From assembly GCA_965200345.1 (NCBI GenBank), contig OZ241378.1, positions 5,434,314 to 5,498,313 of the forward strand: a DNA stretch of 64,000 nucleotides, given 5' to 3'. Position 1 is the first letter of the stretch; each line of letters starts with the position of its first letter. A program made the position numbers and the translations under genes. The notes under the pieces were generated by a model. It worked only from the letters and a program-made list of their open reading frames with translations. It was not told the origin of the DNA and searched no databases. Source of the DNA: Candidatus Poribacteria bacterium (GTDB lineage Bacteria > Poribacteria > WGA-4E > WGA-3G). Shown one piece after another: positions 34,798 through 43,719 of the stretch.

Positions 34798-36214
34798 AAC
34801 GTAAGTAAAGATATTGCTGTGTGTCAGATTCGATCTTGAAAGTGTCGCTGGTCGTGTAACCGATGACCCACAAAATCTCGTCGCCACAAACAAGCAATGG
34901 AATGCTATCGCGTTCGGAGCGAGGCACCTTGGCATCTATCAAAAAGTCCTTAATCTTTTTCGTTCCGCGCATACCATAAGGCTGAAACCGGTCGCCTTGC
35001 TGCCGATTACGCACTGTAAGCGGAACTGTTTCTGAAGACGGTTTTGCAAACACCTTCCTTAATTTCTCATAGTCAAATATTGCTTCAAACTTGCCATCAG
35101 GTAATGTAAGTGTTCCAGGAGACTCAACACCACCCAATTCAGCAGTGATTTCTGTATTTAAAATTGCTATAGACGTTTTACCAACAGTAGTGACCGGATA
35201 AGCGAAACTTTCCATTTCAACCGGTTTGCTTTCAAAGATGAGCTGCTGATATGCGCGTCGAAATCGCAAATCGTTCGGAAGTGCCAACACGGTGTTCGGG
35301 GCATCACCTTCAACAAGGTTTAGCATCGCTTCACAATGTGCGAAATAGAGATCACTCATATCACCCAACATTTCAAAGACACTCTGCCGGAGCATCCGTC
35401 TCTGTAATGCGATGTGATATTGTCGGAATTTCACCCTGTCCAGTACAATGTTCTTGTGAGTACCTTGTATCTGACACGTCTCAAATGCCTCCCGCGCTGC
35501 TGTATCGAGGTATTCTGATTCAGCATGCAACACGTCGGCAGTACGACTTAATCCGGTCTTGATATTCGGATTATAATCACGCTCAAGTTGCGGTATCAAT
35601 TCGCCACGGATACGGTTACGAAGATAGTCTGTATCCGTGTTAGTTGCGTCATGTCTCGGTACAATACCAATGGATGTAAGAAACGTTTCAATTTTTTGAC
35701 GTGTAAACCTCGCGAGCGGTCTGATAAATTTCATATCCCTGACAGGTGGGATGCCTTTCAAACCAGCCGCGCCGCTCCCGCGGATGAGGTGCATCAAAAC
35801 CGTTTCAGCGATATCATCCTGATGGTGTCCTAAGGCTACTTTAGTGGCACTAACTTCCCTACAGACGGCTTCGTAAAATTGATAGCGCGCCTTCCGACCT
35901 GCCGCCTCTACAGACAGTTTCCACTGTTTTACGAAACGAGGCACTTCCGCACTTTGAATAGTGCAAGGCAATTCCAAGCGTGCTGCGTGCTGTTGAACGA
36001 ATTCCGCGTCTGCATCTGCATCCGGGCGAAGACAATGATTCAAGTGCACAACGTGAAGTTTGCAGTTAAGTTGTGTGCGTAAAGCATGCAGCCCGTACAG
36101 AAGTGCAAGCGAATCCGCGCCGCCAGAGACCGCCACAAGCACAGTCTCACCGTCTTCAATCATCTTGTGTTGTGCAATGAGGCGGTGCATCTGTCGCACA
36201 AAGTCGATTGTCAT
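34772..36214 (-). CDS. tilS: tRNA(Ile)-lysidine synthetase
   Basis: PP-loop VLVAVSGGADSLALL, HLNHCLR, and a C-terminal domain ..RNRQQGDRFQPYGM.G.KKIKDFLID.KVP...R. The conserved tilS-hpt order supports the call. Confidence 0.85.
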   Translation of the reverse strand: MTIDFVRQMHRLIAQHKMIEDGETVLVAVSGGADSLALLYGLHALRTQLNCKLHVVHLNHCLRPDADADAEFVQQHAARLELPCTIQSAEVPRFVKQWKLSVEAAGRKARYQFYEAVCREVSATKVALGHHQDDIAETVLMHLIRGSGAAGLKGIPPVRDMKFIRPLARFTRQKIETFLTSIGIVPRHDATNTDTDYLRNRIRGELIPQLERDYNPNIKTGLSRTADVLHAESEYLDTAAREAFETCQIQGTHKNIVLDRVKFRQYHIALQRRMLRQSVFEMLGDMSDLYFAHCEAMLNLVEGDAPNTVLALPNDLRFRRAYQQLIFESKPVEMESFAYPVTTVGKTSIAILNTEITAELGGVESPGTLTLPDGKFEAIFDYEKLRKVFAKPSSETVPLTVRNRQQGDRFQPYGMRGTKKIKDFLIDAKVPRSERDSIPLLVCGDEILWVIGYTTSDTFKIESDTQQYLYLRYVNHETSS

Positions 36215-36279
36215 GAGGTGTGCCAACTTTTAACAGCGAGTTTGCCGTTTGAATATTAACTGGGCTGCAAAGTGCCCTA

Positions 36280-36353
36280 AAAAGAACAATGCCGGTGCGG
36301 AGAGTCGAACTCCGGACAGCACGATTATGAGTCGTGTGCTCTAAACCACTGAG
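36280..36353 (-). tRNA. tRNA with CAT anticodon (elongator Met-like; Ile2/lysidine substrate not excluded)
   Basis: Minus strand reads GCCGGTG-TA-GCTC-AGTGGTTTA-GAGC-A-CACGA-CTCATAA-TCGTG-CTGTC-CGGAG-TTCGACT-CTCCG-CACCGGC-A. Full cloverleaf, G1-C72, no GGG/CCC anticodon stem, so not an initiator. Confidence 0.85.
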
Positions 36354-36536
36354 CTACACCGGCGCTTGTCTGGGTCAAGTTAGTAAATTCTACCCAGCAT
36401 TTTATTTTAAGTATAACACACATTATAAAAAAAGTCAAATGTTTTTGTCAGGTTTACCCGCTAAAACCGTTGCTTTGATGGCGGATAATCGTGCTTTCAG
36501 GTGTTCAAAACATTTGCGGGTTAAGTCAAATTGAAG

Positions 36537-37385
36537 TTAAAGGAAATAATACTTTGACCGTTCCGCTTCTGGCGTACGATCTGGACGGGTTCGATACCAG
36601 CGGAAGTGTTCATAGTGGGCGGTGTAGTGTTCGCCATCTCGACTGTCATTGTAGCTGAGGAACAACATTCGCCGAGCACTATTAGATTTATTGGATGCCG
36701 CTGCGTGTGGTGTAAAACAGGTAAAGATCGCCATGTCCCCCGGCTCTAAGTCCACATAGATGTGTTCCTCGTTCGCGAGATGTTCGGGGTCAATCGAGCC
36801 TTTATCAAGCGAACCGGGTTCATGTAAAAACCCTTGATGATGCCCCGTCCAGAGTTCTGTGCATCCGTTCTCTTTCGTGCTGGCATCAAGCGCGAGTGAA
36901 ACGGTAAGGAGACTGTGCGGGAAGCCTTGCCACCAATTGTAATCCTGGTGCAGTCCGTTACCGTGGCTGTCCGGTGGTTTGAAGATGAGTTTGTCTTTGA
37001 ACAGTACGGCTTCGTAGCCATCATATAGGGATGCCAATCGATCCATAATCCGTCTGTCCCGAGCGAGTACAGAAAATAGCGGCGAGATGCTCACAAACGG
37101 ATCAATTTTCCATGGCTGCCCATCTGCTAACATCTCAAAGCGGAGATTGTATTTCGGTTCAAGTTGAAATTCACAGCTCAACGCAAGCACACGCTCAACA
37201 ATCTGTTCTGCTTCTTGACGATAGATCTCAAGCTCTTCAGGTTGGAACACATCACGAAGAATGAGGAATCCTTTCTCGTGATACGTCTCAACTTCAGCGG
37301 TATCAAGTGCGAAATGGAGTGGTCGTTGCTGTGGACCGTTCCATTGCGGCGTGCCTATTTCAGATGGGCGTTCAACACTTACCAT
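36537..37385 (-). CDS. PhyH-family Fe(II)/2OG dioxygenase
   Basis: YHEKGFLILRDVF, HQDYNWW (HxD) and FTPHAAASN..N..R. Start set at the ATG after AGGAG (MVSVERPSE..), which removes the overlap with the upstream gene. Confidence 0.65.
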   Translation of the reverse strand: MVSVERPSEIGTPQWNGPQQRPLHFALDTAEVETYHEKGFLILRDVFQPEELEIYRQEAEQIVERVLALSCEFQLEPKYNLRFEMLADGQPWKIDPFVSISPLFSVLARDRRIMDRLASLYDGYEAVLFKDKLIFKPPDSHGNGLHQDYNWWQGFPHSLLTVSLALDASTKENGCTELWTGHHQGFLHEPGSLDKGSIDPEHLANEEHIYVDLEPGDMAIFTCFTPHAAASNKSNSARRMLFLSYNDSRDGEHYTAHYEHFRWYRTRPDRTPEAERSKYYFL

Positions 37386-37401
37386 TGTTATCTCCTGTCC
37401 A

Positions 37402-38070
37402 TTACTGAACTCGAACATCTGTTTTCAACTGTCCCCAGCGAGTTGTAAGTTTGCCATTTGGCTCAACTGCGAAGGAAGGGATGTCTGCTCCGTCAATGAC
37501 CAGATTATCAAAATGGACGTTTGCTTCGTACGTAATAAAGCCGATGCGTCCACTGTCACGGAATTTCGCATCATCGTCTCCCTCGAACAGAAGTTCATCA
37601 TTGACGAAACACTGATAATTTTGACCCTCTGCGACAACTTTAAGGCGATAGGTTTCGCCAACTTCTGGTTCAACAGGTAAAGGCGTTACAATGTGCTCAA
37701 ATTGATTCTCTCTCCATCGGGAGAATTGGCATTTATGCTGGTCTGTGCGAATCCAGTATCGCATGCCGTTGTCCCCGTCTGCATCAGCACGAATTAACAC
37801 ACCCGCCGCATTGACGTTCACGTTTTTCACCAACGTTACATCCACTTCAAGGGTGTAATCCGTCCAATTTTCATCGCCAAACATGGTCTTGGCGTACTGT
37901 CCACCGGAGGTTTCGGCGTAGGTATCCTTTACGATCTTCCATTCGCCTTTGACTGCGTTCCATCCGTCGGGAAGCCCTCTGTCAAAGTTTTCTTGCCATA
38001 TCCCTGCTGATACAATGGGAGTTAATATGGCAACCATAAATATAACAGTTACTACATTGGAATAACGCAT
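37402..38070 (-). CDS. Secreted LamG/DUF1080-like protein with C-terminal VEPxGKLxTxWGxLK tail
   Basis: Signal peptide MRYSNVVTVIFMVAILTPIVSAG. WQENFDRGLPDGWNAVKGEWKI.., NWTDYTLEVDV, GVLIRA, FDNLVI. Tail AVEPNGKLTTRWGQLKTDVRVQ. Confidence 0.6.
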   Translation of the reverse strand: MRYSNVVTVIFMVAILTPIVSAGIWQENFDRGLPDGWNAVKGEWKIVKDTYAETSGGQYAKTMFGDENWTDYTLEVDVTLVKNVNVNAAGVLIRADADGDNGMRYWIRTDQHKCQFSRWRENQFEHIVTPLPVEPEVGETYRLKVVAEGQNYQCFVNDELLFEGDDDAKFRDSGRIGFITYEANVHFDNLVIDGADIPSFAVEPNGKLTTRWGQLKTDVRVQ

Positions 38071-38263
38071 GGGTTCCTCCATTCTTTGATTCGTTGATAC
38101 GAGTTATTTGATGGCTGCCCGAATCATTATCAATTTGCTGTGACGGCATCACTTACTTAGCACGTGTTTGGAAGTGTTCGTTGGAAAGACAAATATCGAT
38201 TGATATCTTACCAAAGGAGCGGAAAAAAGTTCAAGGGAATTGTAATGGGAAGGTTGAAAAGGA

Positions 38264-38337
38264 TTGCAGGGGGGGGATTTGAACCCCCGTCCTCCGGGTT
38301 ATGAGCCCGACGAGCTACCTGGCTGCTCTACCCTGCG
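38264..38337 (-). tRNA. Initiator tRNA-fMet (CAT)
   Basis: Minus strand reads CGCAGGGTAGAGCAGCCAGGTAGCTCGTCGGGCTCATAACCCGGAGGACGGGGGTTCAAATCCCCCCCCTGCAA. C1:A72 mismatch and three G-C pairs closing the anticodon stem, nearly colinear with E. coli tRNA-fMet. Confidence 0.9.
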
Positions 38338-38360
38338 GCAAGAACTATTATCCTAAATCA

Positions 38361-38446
38361 TGGTCGAGGAGGGACTTGAACCCTCACACCTTTTTACGGG
38401 CGACGGATTTTAAGTCCGTTGTGTCTACCGATTCCACCACTCGACC
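38361..38446 (-). tRNA. tRNA-Leu (TAA)
   Basis: Minus strand reads GGTCGAG-TG-GTGGAATCGGTAGACAC-...-ACTTAAAAT-...long variable arm...-GAGGG-TTCAAGT-CCCTC-CTCGACC-A. 86 nt class II tRNA. Confidence 0.85.
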
Positions 38447-38578
38447 GCAAATAGTGTTAATAGTATACACCATCGGTAGATGTTTGTCAACTTTTTTTGA
38501 TTTTATTTTCCTAAAAGTCCTGTAGAGGGTTTTCTTAGCACTTGACTTTTTTTTCGGAATCGCATATCATAGGGTATT

Positions 38579-39352
38579 ATGAAAAACATCAAACTTTCAT
38601 CAGGCCATGAAATACCGATACTGGGTTTAGGAACGTGGCAGCTCAAAGGCAGGCAGTGCCGGCGCATCGTCAAAGAAGCCATTGCGTTAGGCTACACCCA
38701 TATTGACACAGCGTGGATGTACCAGAACCAGCGCGAGATCGGGAAAGCACTTCGCGACGTTCACATCGACCGCGAAGCTATTTTTCTGACCACTAAAATT
38801 TGGCACACCCATCTCAAGTATGCCGAGGTCCTCGCTCAATTTGAGGAGTGCCTCAGCGATTTGCAAATGGATTACGTTGATCTGCTATTGATTCACCATC
38901 CGAGCGGTTCTGTTCCGGTTGCTGAAACTTTTGATGCATTCCAAAAACTGTACGACGCGGGTCAGGTGAAAAGCATCGGTATCAGTAACTTTAGCATCGC
39001 CCAGGTTGAAGAGGCGTGTGAGGTCTCGGAACTTCCGATTTGTACGAATCAGGTGGAGTATCATGTTCGGAGAAACCGTGCAGAATTACGGGATTATTGC
39101 CATGCCCGTGACATTGTGATGACCGCGCATCGTCCTCTCGCTGTTGGGGATCTTGCCGGTGATGCGGTGTTGGGCGAGATCGGCGAGAAGCATGGAAAGA
39201 CTGCAGCACAAGTTGCCTTGAAGTGGTTAGTCCAGCAGGAAATCATCACAATTCCGAAATCGGGTTCGGTGCCACATTTACAAGAGAATCTGGATGTCTT
39301 TGAATGGGAGTTAACCGACGAAGAGATGCGAATACTTGATACTGTAACGTAG
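38579..39352 (+). CDS. Aldo/keto reductase (2,5-diketo-D-gluconate reductase-like)
   Basis: IPILGLGTWQL...GY.HIDTA..Y.NE..IG, LLIHHP, NQVEYH. 257 aa. Confidence 0.85.
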   Translation: MKNIKLSSGHEIPILGLGTWQLKGRQCRRIVKEAIALGYTHIDTAWMYQNQREIGKALRDVHIDREAIFLTTKIWHTHLKYAEVLAQFEECLSDLQMDYVDLLLIHHPSGSVPVAETFDAFQKLYDAGQVKSIGISNFSIAQVEEACEVSELPICTNQVEYHVRRNRAELRDYCHARDIVMTAHRPLAVGDLAGDAVLGEIGEKHGKTAAQVALKWLVQQEIITIPKSGSVPHLQENLDVFEWELTDEEMRILDTVT

Positions 39353-39591
39353 GAGCAGATAGAAGTGGTTTCGTGGCACTTGTAGCATAACCTGTTAGGT
39401 TGTGCGTTTTCATGGATTTCTTCAGGGTCGTAGTTCGTAATGAAGCAGATCGCTTATGGGGTTTTTGCAAACGCTAAAATCCAATGCGAAGCAAGTGTTT
39501 CTTCAAGTACGCCGCAAAATGGAAAGCGGATTTGAGAAAGGGACGTTGAGTTTCAAATCCGCGTTATTTAACCGCAAGGTAAAATTAAAAA

Positions 39592-40881
39592 ATGAAATTT
39601 GGACTGTTTTATGAACATCAGATTCCGCGTCCGTGGCATGAGGGCGCGGAACATCAACTTTTTCAAGATGCGTTGGCGCAGGTAGAACTCGCTGACACAC
39701 TTGGTTTCGACTATATCTGGGAGGTAGAACACCATTTCCTTGAAGAGTATTCACATTCTTCTGCGCCGGAGGTATTCCTTGCGGCTTGTAGCCAGCGGAC
39801 GACACAGATTCGGTTAGGACACGGGATTGTGTTGATGCCCCCAGCGTACAACCATCCGGCACGTGTCGCTGAACGGATTTCGACGCTTGATTTAGTATCA
39901 AATGGACGTGTAGAATGGGGAACAGGAGAGTCTGCTTCGCATATAGAACTCGGTGGCTTCAATGTTGATCCGAAACATAAACGCGAGATGTGGGCAGAAT
40001 GCACACGCGAGACAGCGAAAATGATGACGCAATCGCCTTATGCCGGGTATAAGGGACAGTATTTTTCGATGCCGACGCGTAATGTCGTTCCAAAACCGTT
40101 GCAGACACCGCATCCACCACCGTGGGTGGCGTGTTCCAGTCGCGATAGCCTTCGTTACGCCGCCAGATATGGACTTGGTGCGTTAACCTTTGCTTTTGTC
40201 GATGCGAGCGAAGCCAAATTTTGGGTGGAAGAGTATTACGAGATTTTTGAGAAGGAATGCGAACCGCTGACGCAGCGCGTAAACCCTAACATCGCCATGG
40301 TATCGGGATTTTCGTGCCATAATAATGAGGAGACGGCTGTTGCGCGTGGGTTGGATGGGTTACGTTTCTTCCGATTCGCGCTTGCACACTACTATCACAA
40401 CGGTTCACAGATACCGGGGCAAACAGACATTTGGCAGTTATACAGACAGACAACGCAGGAGCCTGCAGGGGGTAGAGCAGGCATTGGAACGCCAGATCAG
40501 GTGCGTGAACATCTTGAGGTGATGGAGAATGCTGGCGTGGACCAAGTCGTTTTCATTCAACAGGCTGGTGCGAACCGCCATGAAGATATATGCGAATCGC
40601 TGGAACTGTTTGCAAAACGTGTGCTCCCAGATTTCAAGGCACGCGACGCAGCACAGGTTGAGAAAAAAAATCAACGGCTTACCGAAGCCATTGAGAGCGC
40701 GGAAAAACAAAAACCGGCATTGAGGCCTCTCAGCGAGGTACCCGTTGTGGATGCCTATCCGGTTCTCAAGCGGAAGTTGGAAGAAAAAACAGAAGAAGTT
40801 GGTGCTACTGAGATGAGCGATGATGGCGAAAAGTTTCTGTTGTCTATAGAAGGTGGAAAGCGGACTGAGAAGGACACGTAG
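39592..40881 (+). CDS. LLM-class (luciferase-like) flavin-dependent oxidoreductase
   Basis: MKFGLFYEHQIPRPW........A..LGFDYIWEVEHHFLEEYS is the typical LLM N-terminus. 429 aa with an acidic C-terminal extension. Confidence 0.75.
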   Translation: MKFGLFYEHQIPRPWHEGAEHQLFQDALAQVELADTLGFDYIWEVEHHFLEEYSHSSAPEVFLAACSQRTTQIRLGHGIVLMPPAYNHPARVAERISTLDLVSNGRVEWGTGESASHIELGGFNVDPKHKREMWAECTRETAKMMTQSPYAGYKGQYFSMPTRNVVPKPLQTPHPPPWVACSSRDSLRYAARYGLGALTFAFVDASEAKFWVEEYYEIFEKECEPLTQRVNPNIAMVSGFSCHNNEETAVARGLDGLRFFRFALAHYYHNGSQIPGQTDIWQLYRQTTQEPAGGRAGIGTPDQVREHLEVMENAGVDQVVFIQQAGANRHEDICESLELFAKRVLPDFKARDAAQVEKKNQRLTEAIESAEKQKPALRPLSEVPVVDAYPVLKRKLEEKTEEVGATEMSDDGEKFLLSIEGGKRTEKDT

Positions 40882-40909
40882 ACACAGGCGCGCTTGTGCG
40901 GGGTTCAAA

Positions 40910-42352
40910 ATGAGAAATGTATTGGTCGTTGACGACGATGAGAAGATATGTTGGGCATTTGAGCAGTTCTTAGAAGGCGAAGGCTACGCCGCCGGTATCG
41001 CGAACAGTGCTGAGGAAGGCTTACGCCGTATCGCAGCTGACAAGCCAGATGTCGTTTTACTCGATGTGAACCTACCGGGTATGAGTGGTTTGGAGGCGTT
41101 AGGAGAGATAAAAGTGAATCACCCGTGGGTGATTGTGATTATCATCACGGCTTATGACGATGTAGAAACGACAATAGAGGCGATGCGCTTACAGGCGTTC
41201 GACTTTGTTCCGAAACCGATTGATCTGGATATCGTCAAAAGTGTACTGGAGCGCGCCTTCCGAACACAATCCGTTCGCAGCACCTTACCTGTCGGAACAG
41301 CAGACGAATCACTAACGGCACAGATTGGTGGACACCGACTGGTTGGAAAAAGCAGCCAGATGCGCGAGATTTACAAACTCATCGGGCTTATGGCAAGCAA
41401 TACTGTAACAGTCCTGATTGACGGTGAAACGGGAACAGGCAAAGACCTTGTTGCCCGCGCAATCCACGCCGGTAGTGAACGCAAAGAGAAACCGTTTATT
41501 CCTGTTGATTGTGGTGCCCTCCCTGATGAACTTTTGGAGAGCGAACTCTTCGGCTATGAAGCGGGAGCGTTCACAGGCGCGAAAGCGGAGGGGAAACCGG
41601 GGCGATTTGAGTTGGCAGATGGTGGAACTCTTTTTCTTGATGAAGTTGGTAACATGACCCCGGCGTTACAGGTGAAGCTGCTTCGCGCACTACAGACCCA
41701 AGAAATAGAGCGATTGGGTGGAACCCGTACACTTAAAGTAGATGTCCGCGTCGTTGCTGCGACAAACCAAGATCTCGGGGCCATGGTGAAGCGCGGGCAA
41801 TTTCGCGAGGATCTTTACTATCGTTTCAGACGTATTGCGCTCCATCTTCCACCCTTGCGGGATCGCCAAGAAGATATTCCGTTGCTCGTTACACATTTTC
41901 TGCAACTTATCCAAGAGGAGCTTGGCAAGCCGATTCGTGGTATCTCCGAAGACGGAATGAAACTGCTACAAGATTACACATGGCCCGGCAACGTTCGAGA
42001 ATTGGAGAATTGCCTCAGAAGCGCGGCGGCACTCTGTCGGTCGGATGTGATCCTTCCAGACGACCTACCTCCAGAAATTCGTACAGGATCCATTGCGGAT
42101 CCTACAAACACATCGCAACTACTTACTTCTCTCAAATCCGTTTTACAGGACGCTACAAAAACGGCTGTTGCTGAAGGAAAACAAGGGCTTTACGAGGAAA
42201 TCATTGCTCAGTTGGATAAGGCGTTGATTGAGTTGGTGTTAGATGAGTTTTCAGGGAATCACAGTAAAACAGCCGAATTGCTCGGTATGAGTCGGACCAC
42301 GCTTTTAAAGAAGATTAAACAGAGCGGTGGTCCTGATATTGAAGGGACTTAA
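40910..42352 (+). CDS. Sigma-54-dependent response regulator (NtrC family)
   Basis: Receiver domain (VLVVDDDE...[13 protein letters not shown]), AAA+ ([36 protein letters not shown]) and C-terminal Fis-type HTH ([18 protein letters not shown]). Start at MRNVLVV.. (40910). Confidence 0.9.
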   Translation: MRNVLVVDDDEKICWAFEQFLEGEGYAAGIANSAEEGLRRIAADKPDVVLLDVNLPGMSGLEALGEIKVNHPWVIVIIITAYDDVETTIEAMRLQAFDFVPKPIDLDIVKSVLERAFRTQSVRSTLPVGTADESLTAQIGGHRLVGKSSQMREIYKLIGLMASNTVTVLIDGETGTGKDLVARAIHAGSERKEKPFIPVDCGALPDELLESELFGYEAGAFTGAKAEGKPGRFELADGGTLFLDEVGNMTPALQVKLLRALQTQEIERLGGTRTLKVDVRVVAATNQDLGAMVKRGQFREDLYYRFRRIALHLPPLRDRQEDIPLLVTHFLQLIQEELGKPIRGISEDGMKLLQDYTWPGNVRELENCLRSAAALCRSDVILPDDLPPEIRTGSIADPTNTSQLLTSLKSVLQDATKTAVAEGKQGLYEEIIAQLDKALIELVLDEFSGNHSKTAELLGMSRTTLLKKIKQSGGPDIEGT

Positions 42353-42403
42353 TTACCACTCCCACTGCTTTGGCTGCGGGAGTGTCAATAGACACAATAG
42401 GAG

Positions 42404-42992
42404 TTGACCCCTCCCAAACCTAAAGGATTGGGATTCCTTTGACGGAACTCCCAAGTGGTTCTTTTAGGTTATACCACGACGTCCATTTGACGTTCTGCGA
42501 TACTGGCTTCTCTGACTCCCTTCAGCGTCGCAATCGTCCAGACGTTATCCTTGGGAGCTTGTTCGGGTTTAATCCGAACCGACACGAGTGTAATCTCGCG
42601 GTGCGGGTCATCTGGCACACTACGGAAAATCACTTGAACCTTCGTGACCGACCGATACTTCTGGCAAGTATTTCTTGCTTCAGAACTTGAAATCTCAACA
42701 AAATCTGAACCTCGCAAGGTTTCAGGAATATCGTATCTTTCAACGTATTCGGATTTTGTGATGTTCGTTTTTAATGGATATTAGCCATAGTCATTCTGTC
42801 CTTGTAAGAGGGTGATTGAGACCAGTAGCAAGGTAGCTACTGCTTACACGTCTCAATCAATGACTATGTTAATTATACTACATTTTTGACGAAATGTCAA
42901 CTCTTTTTTTAACTATAGCCCCATGGTCTAATTCAATAGGGCGGTTCTGTATCCCAAAGCTAAAGCATTGGGTTTTAGAACCGAAAACGTAG
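42404..42992 (-). mobile_element. Non-autonomous IS200/IS605-like element, copy 2
   Basis: Identical to 1132-1720. The same CTTAT flank sits at 42997-42993 (minus strand). Contains the same promoter (42872-42900) and small ORF (42469..42717). Confidence 0.65.
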
Positions 42993-43002
42993 ATAAGACA
43001 TC

Positions 43003-43719
43003 ATGTGCTCGTGGATTCGGATTGCGCACCGTGGTGCATCTGGAAGCGCGCCGGAAAATACGCTTGCGGCATTCAAGAAGGCACTTGAAATCGGTGTGGA
43101 TGCCGTTGAACTTGATTTGCACGGCACTGCTGATGGTGAGATTGTCGTGATACACGACTCTACCTTGGATCGGACGACGGACCTCCGTGGGCATATCAAC
43201 GAAACTACTTTAGGAACGATTCAAAATGCCGATGCTGGCGGATGGTTTGATACCGAATTTGCGGGTGAACCAATACCGACGCTTACAGCGGCATTAGCAG
43301 GCATCGGCAAAGAGACAATTGCTGTTCTCGAAATCAAAGATCCGCTGATAGCTGAGGCGGTTGTCGCAAAGATTCATGAGACACATACGCTGGATCTCGT
43401 CGTTGTTATCTCCTTTTACACTGCAGTTTTACAGACTATCCGGGCATTAGAACCTCGTATTGCAACGGGCTGGCTCATTGGGAACAGCGATAAACACGTG
43501 TCTCCTATCCAGTTGTGCCAGCAATTAGGTGAGCTTGGTAGCAGTCTGCTGAATGTCAATCACGAGTTAATCACGGCGGAATTTGCTTATGAAGTCCTGC
43601 GGCGCGGTGTTGCGCTGTGGTGTTGGACCGTAGATGACATCGCTCGCATGCGCGAGATGCAGCGGTTCGGGGTACAAGGTATCACGTCAAATTACCCGGA
43701 ACGCTTTGCTATCGTTTAG
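43003..43719 (+). CDS. Glycerophosphodiester phosphodiesterase (GDPD)
   Basis: IAHRGASGSAPENTLAAFKKALEIGVDAVELDLHGTADGEIVVIHDSTLDRTT is the GDPD signature. Confidence 0.85.
   Translation: MCSWIRIAHRGASGSAPENTLAAFKKALEIGVDAVELDLHGTADGEIVVIHDSTLDRTTDLRGHINETTLGTIQNADAGGWFDTEFAGEPIPTLTAALAGIGKETIAVLEIKDPLIAEAVVAKIHETHTLDLVVVISFYTAVLQTIRALEPRIATGWLIGNSDKHVSPIQLCQQLGELGSSLLNVNHELITAEFAYEVLRRGVALWCWTVDDIARMREMQRFGVQGITSNYPERFAIV

Noticed and set aside
34798-34935. N-terminal extension of hpt (233-aa ORF)
   Set aside because: The extension overlaps the tilS C-terminus in another frame and is Cys/Phe-rich. Hpt homologs begin near MSTTKPL..
38301-38525. 74-aa plus-strand ORF
   Set aside because: It overlaps the tRNA-fMet and tRNA-Leu genes on the opposite strand, so it is spurious.
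40853-40909. Upstream start for the NtrC-type regulator overlapping the LLM gene
   Set aside because: The extension is Arg-rich (MESGLRRTRRHRRACAGFK) and overlaps the preceding gene. The receiver domain begins at [10 protein letters not shown].
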